Shown: in pieces, positions 16,501 to 23,296 of the stretch
Position numbering within the stretch: position 1 is the first letter of the stretch
Layout: each line of letters starts with the position of its first letter
DNA from: a virus
Lineage: Duplodnaviria > Caudoviricetes
IMG/VR virus record: IMGVR_UViG_3300037182_000015
Span: 1 to 24,242 of that record
Strand: one strand, 5' to 3'
DNA: 24,242 bases
Translations under genes and position numbers: made by a program
Notes under the pieces: model-generated
Told to the model about the DNA's origin: nothing
Seen by the model: the letters and a program-made list of their open reading frames with translations, nothing else
The model's database searches: none

Positions 16501-16520
16501 GGTAACCCGTGAGGTAAAAA

Positions 16521-17567
16521 ATGACGGCAAAACGATTCTGCGCTCACTTCGGCAATTTGGACAATCTTAGTTGGTTAGCATCATCGGGATTTGCTGAAGC
16601 TGGTCTTGTATGGCAGTGGGATGGTAGTACTACCGCTGCAGGAACCGCGAGTTCAATACACAACGCGGGGATTCCTACGGCCACATTCAATGCGTTCAAT
16701 GACGGCAGCGCAGCGGTGTGTCAACCAGGCGCTGCCGGTGGTCCGTATGCAGGATACTTCCAAGCTCTTGCGAGCGCCGGTTGGAACTGTATCGCAGGTG
16801 AGGGCTGCGGCGGCTCTGTAGTTTCCACCGTTCAGAACTATTGCACGTATGTTAATTACGGCGGCATTGTTGGAGATAGTCAAGGAGATATGTACGCCGA
16901 CCCGTGGGATCACCCGACGGGCGGTGGAAAAGGGCATTGGGATTATATTGAAACGTATAATAACAGCAACGAATATCGTGACCCAAGCCAATCAATCGGA
17001 TGGTCGAAAGCTGCTGGTGCCGGACACCTCGGCATCTTAATAATGTATGGGCCAAGTCCAGCGGCAGACGTAAACACCTACATAAACGTCATTGACCAAA
17101 ACGGCTGTGACTCAGTACTATTTTGGAGCGGATACGGTAGCAGTTCGTCCGTCTGCGAAGGGCTGGCGGGGCAATTAATCAGTCATTACGGAGCAACAAA
17201 AACCGGAGCAACCGGCGGCACTGGTGGGGCTACAGCAACAGTGGCGGCAGGCAAAACAACAGTCATACCTGCGATTCAATGCCCATGCAAACACATCGTC
17301 CTCGGGTTCAAAGGTGGGACAAGTGCAAAGACATCTTCCAAGCTTGAGTTTGAGGTGCAAATCGTCGGTCAGGCAGGATGGGTGGATAATAACGAGAAGT
17401 GGATTCACGGCAGACCATACACGGGACAGCTAGAGATTTGGTGCAGGGATTCAAAAGGCAAGAGTTGGGCACTAGGTAAGATATGGCCCGCTAAAGACGG
17501 GACTTTCTCGTTTATGGTAGGAAGTGACACCGCTGAGACACGATACTATAATGTTCGTTTCTTGTGA
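16521..17567 (+). CDS. putative glycoside-hydrolase-like TIM-barrel protein with a G/T/A linker and a C-terminal beta domain
   Basis: Alternating beta/alpha pattern over ~225 aa, then linker 'GATKTGATGGTGGATAT' and a beta-rich C-terminal domain. GAGGT RBS. The ORF is clear; the function is inferred. Confidence 0.55.
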   Translation: MTAKRFCAHFGNLDNLSWLASSGFAEAGLVWQWDGSTTAAGTASSIHNAGIPTATFNAFNDGSAAVCQPGAAGGPYAGYFQALASAGWNCIAGEGCGGSVVSTVQNYCTYVNYGGIVGDSQGDMYADPWDHPTGGGKGHWDYIETYNNSNEYRDPSQSIGWSKAAGAGHLGILIMYGPSPAADVNTYINVIDQNGCDSVLFWSGYGSSSSVCEGLAGQLISHYGATKTGATGGTGGATATVAAGKTTVIPAIQCPCKHIVLGFKGGTSAKTSSKLEFEVQIVGQAGWVDNNEKWIHGRPYTGQLEIWCRDSKGKSWALGKIWPAKDGTFSFMVGSDTAETRYYNVRFL

Positions 17568-17577
17568 GGTATTTTAA

Positions 17578-18099
17578 ATGGCTATTGCAACGATTTATAC
17601 AATGACTGGCTGCGAACACTGCGCCACACTTGAAGGACTTATCTCAAGTGCCGGCCTCACTAGTCAAGTCACTGTTGTGGTTGACCAGGGGGTTAAATGT
17701 GGTTCAGGGACACCCTGCACAGTAATCACCGCAACCGGCACATGCTACGGATTCCCGAGCTGTGATGAGACATGTCAAATGGCAGCGATTCAAGCGGCGG
17801 CGTCCCCGACTGCAACTAAAACCTCAACGACAACCCCCGCAGCTACGCCAAAAGCAGCGGGGACAACAACGGTCGTAACGCCGACCCCTGCATGGAGAAC
17901 GAGTAACTGGGGCAATGAACTCTCAATAGACTGGGGCGCGAAGAATCCAAAACCTACAATCGCGCAAACACCCGCAGGATATGAACCACCAGATGTATCG
18001 TTAACGCCTGTCCTGCCGTTGCCACCTGTTATGTCGGATGGAATCACAGTCTCTTTGAGAGATCATAAGCGCTTACCCATCGGTCGAAAGGTAGCATAA
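17578..18099 (+). CDS. glutaredoxin/thioredoxin-fold protein (CEHC) with a Thr/Pro-rich tail
   Basis: 'TIYTMTGCEHCATLEGLI' matches the glutaredoxin/NrdH N-terminal pattern and 'GTPCTVI' matches the cis-Pro loop. GAGGT RBS. Confidence 0.7.
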   Translation: MAIATIYTMTGCEHCATLEGLISSAGLTSQVTVVVDQGVKCGSGTPCTVITATGTCYGFPSCDETCQMAAIQAAASPTATKTSTTTPAATPKAAGTTTVVTPTPAWRTSNWGNELSIDWGAKNPKPTIAQTPAGYEPPDVSLTPVLPLPPVMSDGITVSLRDHKRLPIGRKVA

Positions 18100-18131
18100 T
18101 TTAGAATTTATAAAAAAGGAGTTAAAAACAA

Positions 18132-19679
18132 ATGGTAGAAGTCTCGTACCCTTTCAAAGCACCAGCAAGTACCAATCCGAGTGGAAACACGATGAGTGAA
18201 AACCAGTGGGCGGCCATGATGCGCTACGTTCTTGGAAGCGGCGTAATGGCCGCTACGTTTAATGATAATCTTAACGAACTAGAGGTAACACCCGGGGCAA
18301 CACCGCTGACTGTTGACATCGATACAGGCGCAGCATGGATTCAAGGGCATTACTATCAAAGTGATGCTGTAAACACATTAACAATTCCACAAAACACTAA
18401 TGCAGGAACACGCGCAGACCTGATCGTTCTTGAGTGTAAGTGGGGGCTTAATGCGGGAATTACCGCAACGGTTGTAACAGGAACCGCAGGGGCTACGTGG
18501 CCTACAGGTTCTGCGTTCAGCGGCCCGATGCCTGCGCCGCTGACTCAAACCTATGGTGTAAAGTGGCAGATAGCCCTCGCGCAGGTGTACACATTACAGA
18601 ACCAGGCAGTAGTATATCCTACTTCACAAATGCTCGACCAGCGGAACTTCGTCGGTTCTGGGGCAGCGCAGAGCAATGCAATTACGGTAGCGATGCCCAA
18701 TGCAAGTGACAAGATGCGACAAAACGCAGACTTCCAGATACCTGATGTAGAATCATACGTTTACGCCGATGAAATCATAAACGAAGCATTTGCAGCACTA
18801 CCAGCGTGCGGCGGAACAGTCATGCTCAGCGAGGGTGATTGTATCATATCGGATACAATAACTCCAGTAAACGGAGGCACGCTTGCAGGATGCGGAGCGC
18901 AAACAACGATCACACTATATGGTGGCGCACCCGCAGGCACGCCTATGATCTCAATGAATTATGCTACCGGTAGTGTGCATAATCTATTACTAAACGGCGC
19001 GGGGACTACATCAAACGTCTACACAACGACACCCGTCGCTGGTAATAATGGAATTAATGTCGTGAGTGCGGCGGGCGCGAGCATACACGACGTGAGTATA
19101 CAGAATATGCAAAATGCCGGAATAGTAGTCACAGGCGGCCCTGCAAACGTGGTTATTAACAACTGCTCTATCACTGCATGCTTCGGTGACGGCATAGACT
19201 TCGCAGGTGAGTATAGTGATATATCAGATAACTTCATCGGGAACTGCGGAGACGTCGGGATTCACATCAACCCTACAACAAACGTTGCGAGCTGTAACAG
19301 AATCGCCAGTAATTTAATCACAGGATGTGGGATGAACGGGGTTTATATGGACGGCACAGCGGGCAGTGGCTTATTTAACATGATTGGCAACAACGAAGTG
19401 GGTCAATGTGGACAAGCAGCGACAACTACGCATGCTGGTATCCTCATTTCTGGTTCAGGTGCAAACCACACCTCCGTAGTCAGTAACTACGTGTGGTCTG
19501 CTGGTGCTCCAGTACTCAAATACGGACTCGCTGTTCAGAACGGTGCGGTTGATACCCGGGCAATCGCCAATGACCTGTATGACGCCGCCTCCGGGACCGG
19601 GAGTTATGATATCTTTGCTGCATCTGGTTTAACGCTGAGTGGACTGACGTTTAACCTGTACGCAACACACAGTCCTTAG
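18132..19679 (+). CDS. tail spike/fibre: baseplate-anchoring N-domain plus right-handed beta-helix (pectate-lyase-like) domain
   Basis: N-domain 'SYPF...VDIDTGAAWIQGHYY...RADLIVL...WQIALAQV...DQRNF'. 'INEAFAALPACGGTVMLSEG' caps the beta-helix, followed by repeated 'N.I..CG..GI' rungs. AAGGAG RBS. Confidence 0.85.
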   Translation: MVEVSYPFKAPASTNPSGNTMSENQWAAMMRYVLGSGVMAATFNDNLNELEVTPGATPLTVDIDTGAAWIQGHYYQSDAVNTLTIPQNTNAGTRADLIVLECKWGLNAGITATVVTGTAGATWPTGSAFSGPMPAPLTQTYGVKWQIALAQVYTLQNQAVVYPTSQMLDQRNFVGSGAAQSNAITVAMPNASDKMRQNADFQIPDVESYVYADEIINEAFAALPACGGTVMLSEGDCIISDTITPVNGGTLAGCGAQTTITLYGGAPAGTPMISMNYATGSVHNLLLNGAGTTSNVYTTTPVAGNNGINVVSAAGASIHDVSIQNMQNAGIVVTGGPANVVINNCSITACFGDGIDFAGEYSDISDNFIGNCGDVGIHINPTTNVASCNRIASNLITGCGMNGVYMDGTAGSGLFNMIGNNEVGQCGQAATTTHAGILISGSGANHTSVVSNYVWSAGAPVLKYGLAVQNGAVDTRAIANDLYDAASGTGSYDIFAASGLTLSGLTFNLYATHSP

Positions 19680-19683
19680 AACA

Positions 19684-19770
19684 ATGGCAGGCAATAGCAA
19701 GAAGACTAGCAAGGCGAGATTGAGAAAAAAGCGAAGTAGAAAAGAGAAACGGAGAAATAATAATGCCTGA
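19684..19770 (+). CDS. putative 28-aa highly basic micro-protein (not in the ORF track)
   Basis: MAGNSKKTSKARLRKKRSRKEKRRNNNA. It fills the whole gap, starting 4 nt after the upstream stop and overlapping the next ATG. Confidence 0.45.
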   Translation: MAGNSKKTSKARLRKKRSRKEKRRNNNA

Positions 19771-20218
19771 CGAGAACGACGACGGAACATATGGAATAGG
19801 AAGCGGCCTTTCGTTTCGATTAGCTTCGGCGGAACGTGCTCTCATCGAACATGAAAAGATACTTGATGATTTGCGCCAGGCACGAATACTCCACTCCGAA
19901 CAACTATCAACGCTGAAAGAACAGCATAAACGAAATGACCTGGAGATAGACAAAATAAATGATTCACGGGAACCGATGCTTGCAATTCTCAATGCCCGAA
20001 TGTCACGCATTGATACTACACTTGATGAAAAGATAGATACAATTAAAGATGATATGTCTAAGAGTTTAGATATACTCGCTGAGAAGTTTGAAAAGAACGT
20101 TGCGGGAGTAAGTGAAAAGCTCGAATCGTTCACCGCGAGCAATCAAACCATGCTCATAGGAATATTTATAGCAATAATATCAACTCTGGTATTCGTGATA
20201 GCTGCTAAGGTGCTATAA
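19763..20218 (+). CDS. coiled-coil protein with a C-terminal transmembrane helix (possible lysis/holin-associated)
   Basis: Heptad-like charged region followed by 'MLIGIFIAIISTLVFVIAAKVL'. GGAG RBS; lies after the tail genes. Confidence 0.7.
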   Translation: MPDENDDGTYGIGSGLSFRLASAERALIEHEKILDDLRQARILHSEQLSTLKEQHKRNDLEIDKINDSREPMLAILNARMSRIDTTLDEKIDTIKDDMSKSLDILAEKFEKNVAGVSEKLESFTASNQTMLIGIFIAIISTLVFVIAAKVL

Positions 20219-20303
20219 GAGTGCCGTAACTAGGGAGAGGTAATGCGTTGCCTTTGAATCGGAGCAATACACGGCCTTAAAACAACGAAAAGAGCGAATT
20301 AGA

Positions 20304-20708
20304 ATGCAGATAAAAGCACGAACGGGGTTGTTGAGGGTAATACTAGGTAGCGGAAGAACAGCGGCGTGGAACAAAGCAGATAAGGACTTTCATAAGACCC
20401 ATCACACCTGCGAGATGTGCGGATCAAAGGCAGGAACACTGGGCGGACTTGACGGAGCGACGGGGGTTCAAGCAAACCTCGAAGCGCACGATGTTCAACC
20501 GTACCACACATTAACGCCAGCGCAACAGAATGACTATAACTTTATTCTTAGTAACTTCATAATGCTACATCACTTTGAACACCACAGAATAGCACACTGT
20601 CTCGATCCTTACTGTTACTGCTACGATCCAAACATCCGAACACTCGCCGCGACAATGCTCGCAGCGAAAGCTAGTTGTCAAGGATGTAATAAGGAGGTGA
20701 TAAAATAG
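20304..20708 (+). CDS. degenerate HNH-endonuclease-family protein
   Basis: 'R...W......H..CEMCG...LEAHDVQPYH...SNFIMLHHFEHHRIAH' follows the phage HNH pattern, but HH is changed to HD and the second CxxC is replaced. The start may lie further upstream. Confidence 0.65.
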   Translation: MQIKARTGLLRVILGSGRTAAWNKADKDFHKTHHTCEMCGSKAGTLGGLDGATGVQANLEAHDVQPYHTLTPAQQNDYNFILSNFIMLHHFEHHRIAHCLDPYCYCYDPNIRTLAATMLAAKASCQGCNKEVIK

Positions 20709-20959
20709 CTTTAAAACTATCGTTAACCGCAAAGTTGCCAAGCATCGCTGAATGGCTACTGATTATAGGTTTCATAATTGGAGCACTAGGACTTGCATCA
20801 TCAACGTTCGTCCTATCTACAAGAGAAAGTAGCGCCATCCTGTTTGCAGTAGGTGTATTGACGTTGCTCGCAAAGATTCTGACGACTGATGAAGAACCAA
20901 CGGAACCAGAAGAATCAATGACTGATCGGATTATTGAACAAGAATGGGATGATGAGTAG
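20705..20959 (+). CDS. two-TM membrane protein, holin-like (probable ATA start; track start is TTG at 20735)
   Basis: Two hydrophobic helices and an acidic C-tail. A perfect GGAGGTGA RBS at 20693-20700 precedes the in-frame ATA at 20705. Confidence 0.6.
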   Translation: MALKLSLTAKLPSIAEWLLIIGFIIGALGLASSTFVLSTRESSAILFAVGVLTLLAKILTTDEEPTEPEESMTDRIIEQEWDDE

Positions 20960-20971
20960 GCTAACCACCTA

Positions 20972-20981
20972 CTTCTTTTTT
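20972..20981 (+). terminator. possible oligo-T (archaeal-type) terminator of the late operon
   Basis: CTTCTTTTTT lies shortly after the stop of the holin-like gene, with no strong hairpin. Confidence 0.35.
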
Positions 20982-20984
20982 ATT

Positions 20985-21347
20985 ATGATCGCACCACAAT
21001 TCGGAACGATCTGCGAAGACCCGCAAGAGGCAATACTCGCAAACCGCCTCTCGATTTGGTTATCTAAGATAGAGGATAATATCTCTAGCAACAAGTTAGA
21101 ATGTGCGATCAGCGCGTGCGATAAGACAGACTACAAGGAAAAGGTTGAACCGTGGATATATTACCCACACGACAGCCACACCTTAGCGTTAGTCATAGTT
21201 ATCGTAGACGACCTAGGAAAAATCACTATTGCGATTGAAGAGATAGATACGCCGGATGTTAAACTCTACCTTAGAGAATGGTACTTACTACTAAAGGCTG
21301 CGATTTGCACACATCCCGATGCCCAAGCGTACCATTGGAACAGATAG
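20985..21347 (+). CDS. hypothetical protein, ~120 aa
   Basis: Longest ORF in the interval. ATG at 20985 was chosen to avoid overlap with the upstream gene. No recognisable motif. Confidence 0.55.
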   Translation: MIAPQFGTICEDPQEAILANRLSIWLSKIEDNISSNKLECAISACDKTDYKEKVEPWIYYPHDSHTLALVIVIVDDLGKITIAIEEIDTPDVKLYLREWYLLLKAAICTHPDAQAYHWNR

Positions 21348-21532
21348 ATATAGTATCGAACCCCTTTAGCGTTCGGAGATTCACCTCCAGCGGGAGTACA
21401 CAAAGAGACCCAAAACGTTATAAGACTATTTTTGCCTTACCAGTACTCCCGCACCCTAGCTTTTGCATGATACGAAACCCTTCTTTTGTATTGTAGATAA
21501 CGCTGTAGCGTGCTCGGATATTAACCAAAAGA

Positions 21533-21697
21533 CTATTTTTCTACCGCCGCCTTTAAATCCTGTATCGCACCCCATCGCGGGTCGTATCTCTTGAAGCTGC
21601 CTATAAGCATCGCTATTACTTTCTCGTATGAGTCGGTGCGGAAGCATAGTTCTTTAAGTTCTTTAGCTGTGGAGTCGTTAAGGCGTATGGTTGTCAT
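21533..21697 (-). CDS. ribbon-helix-helix-like DNA-binding protein (archaeal VapB/CopG-like)
   Basis: MTTIRLNDSTAKELKELCFRTDSYEKVIAMLI matches the 'TTI.l...T...L..l....eSY..vI..Li' pattern of small archaeal RHH proteins. Confidence 0.7.
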   Translation of the reverse strand: MTTIRLNDSTAKELKELCFRTDSYEKVIAMLIGSFKRYDPRWGAIQDLKAAVEK

Positions 21698-21699
21698 TT

Positions 21700-21909
21700 T
21701 TAACACGCTGCCCATCCACAGAACAACACCACAACACCCTTCTTTCCCTGTAGGTTGCGGCGCGCTATTTGAAGTTGGTTGTATGCATCTAGAAGATTCT
21801 TGGCGGCTTCTTCGATAGTCTTTCCTTCTGTTATTGCGCCAGGTTCTTCTTTAATAAAAGCGATATAGCAGTCGTCAACTTTTATAAAAGCGCCCGTGAG
21901 TTTGACCAT
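21700..21909 (-). CDS. hicB: HicB-family antitoxin (short, N-terminal domain only)
   Basis: 'YIAFIKEEPGAITEGKTIEEAAKNLLDA' is the HicB signature. GGAG RBS before the ATG at 21909. Confidence 0.8.
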   Translation of the reverse strand: MVKLTGAFIKVDDCYIAFIKEEPGAITEGKTIEEAAKNLLDAYNQLQIARRNLQGKKGVVVLFCGWAAC

Positions 21910-21944
21910 TTTCATCTCCAATAACCACTAACCATGTCAGTCTG

Positions 21945-21960
21945 TAATAAACTTTGTCAA
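21945..21960 (-). promoter_or_regulatory. putative archaeal BRE/TATA promoter for hicB-RHH
   Basis: Minus strand reads TTGACAAAG-TTTATTA about 30 nt upstream of the hicB start region. Confidence 0.4.
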
Positions 21961-22130
21961 CGCCAAACTTCGTGACTACTCTGCTAGCTCACGCAAGCAG
22001 CTTCTATCGCCGTTTGCTGGCGAAAACACGATAGCCCTCGTGTCAGGATATTCTTAGCTGCGTTCTCATCCCTGTCTAAGACAAGTCCGCAGTCACACGA
22101 ATGTGTGCGGTCTTTCAGTTCTTTTTTGAC
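21952..22130 (-). ncRNA. predicted TnpB omegaRNA (reRNA) scaffold plus guide
   Basis: In established TnpB biology the RNA overlaps the tnpB 3' end and right end, and the guide is the flank after TCAC, here GAAGTTTGGCGTTGACAAAG. The 5' limit is a guess. Confidence 0.6.
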
Positions 22131-23093
22131 TATCGCACCACATCGTGAACATTCTTGAGTTGTATTCTTTGGGTCGACCATCACCACAACCGAACCAGCG
22201 TTCTCAGCTTTGTTCTGTGTGAATGCGATGAATTGACTCCACGCCACATCGCCTATTGACTTTGCTAGGTAGCGGTTTTGCATCATCCCTTTTATGTTCA
22301 AGTCCTCAAAGGCGATGACGCCGTATGTGTTGACAAGTTTCCTACTCAACTGGTGAGCGAAGTTACTCCGTTTGTTTGCTATCCGTTCGTGAACCTTAGC
22401 GACAACTTTCTTTGACTTCTTTCGTTGCGCTTTTGCTAACTGCTTTTCTTCGGCTCTAAAGAAACGTGGGTTGTTTATATGCTCACCATTCGAGAGCGTA
22501 GCAAACGAAGTCAAGCCAACGTCTATACCTACCGCAGCGTCGTTGGTGTGTTCTAGTATGTTTGGTTCACACTCAACAGTGAAACACGCAAACCACTTCC
22601 CTGTTGAACTGCGCTTTATGTTGAGTCGTTTTATCTCGCCTGCTATCGGTCTGTGTAGTTTTATCTTGACGCTGCCTATCTTTGACAGTTGCAGCGTCGA
22701 ACCATCAAGAGCAAAACCTGACTGTGGATAAGTAAAAGAGTCATACCAACCTTTGCCTTTGAAGCGTGGATAGCCAGCTTTCTCTCCGGCTTTCACACGT
22801 CTAAAGAACGCTTTGAACGCTAGGTCTACTCTGTATTGTATTTCTTGGAGTACCTGTGAATAAACACTCGTTAGCGTTGGTTGTTGCTCTTTCCATAGCA
22901 GCAAGAGCCTTTGAGTGTCATATCGAGAGTATAAAGTATGTTTTGAATAAGGAAATATTTTGGTCGCTTCATATGCGTTACGCCGTGTTGCTAGTGTTTC
23001 ATTATAGACCCATCGACACAGGTCGAGGGTGTGATTGAGCGCCGTTTCTTGTGCGCGTGTCGGATAGAGCCGATAGCGGAATACTTTATTCAT
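21984..23093 (-). CDS. tnpB: RNA-guided endonuclease TnpB, 369 aa
   Basis: N-terminal 'FRYRLYPT..Q', 'GYPRFK', RuvC-I GIDVG, RuvC-II FEDL, Zn finger CSRC/CDC and RuvC-III DRDENAAKNI are all present. Confidence 0.97.
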   Translation of the reverse strand: MNKVFRYRLYPTRAQETALNHTLDLCRWVYNETLATRRNAYEATKIFPYSKHTLYSRYDTQRLLLLWKEQQPTLTSVYSQVLQEIQYRVDLAFKAFFRRVKAGEKAGYPRFKGKGWYDSFTYPQSGFALDGSTLQLSKIGSVKIKLHRPIAGEIKRLNIKRSSTGKWFACFTVECEPNILEHTNDAAVGIDVGLTSFATLSNGEHINNPRFFRAEEKQLAKAQRKKSKKVVAKVHERIANKRSNFAHQLSRKLVNTYGVIAFEDLNIKGMMQNRYLAKSIGDVAWSQFIAFTQNKAENAGSVVVMVDPKNTTQECSRCGAIVKKELKDRTHSCDCGLVLDRDENAAKNILTRGLSCFRQQTAIEAACVS

Positions 23094-23287
23094 CGTCCCT
23101 GACTCTCAACATATTGTTTCAGTCTGTCAAGCGATACCTGCCCTGTTGTTGCTAAGAAGTATGAGCGTGACCAAAACGTTCCGCGTTTCAGCGTTTCTTT
23201 TACTTCGGGGAAGTTTCGCCGTATCTCACGCGACGTTATTGTTTTGAGTGCATTGATATATCGTGGAATGTCCAGCGTTGGCTTTGC
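23090..23287 (-). pseudogene. tnpA: 5'-truncated IS200/IS605 Y1 transposase
   Basis: Reads AKPTLDIPRYINALKTITSREIRRNFPEVKETLKRGTFWSRSYFLATTGQVSLDRLKQYVESQGR*. The FWSxSYF motif and catalytic Tyr (YVESQ) remain, but the HUH motif and start codon are absent, with an in-frame TAG at 23296-23294. ATGA overlap with tnpB. Confidence 0.92.
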
Positions 23288-23296
23288 GCACCCCTA

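Noticed and set aside
18107-18114. TTTATAAA as an internal promoter for the tail spike gene
   Set aside because: It is too close to the RBS and ATG to leave a leader and is probably just an AT-rich spacer.
19725-19731. A_AAA_AAG heptamer in the basic micro-ORF
   Set aside because: The -1 frame hits TAG within a few codons and the next gene is in the +1 frame.
21984-23093. TnpB as a Cas12f/CRISPR effector or a nuclease-dead TldR-type repressor
   Set aside because: No CRISPR array is present, the tnpA remnant and IS right end are present, and the RuvC D-E-D residues are intact.
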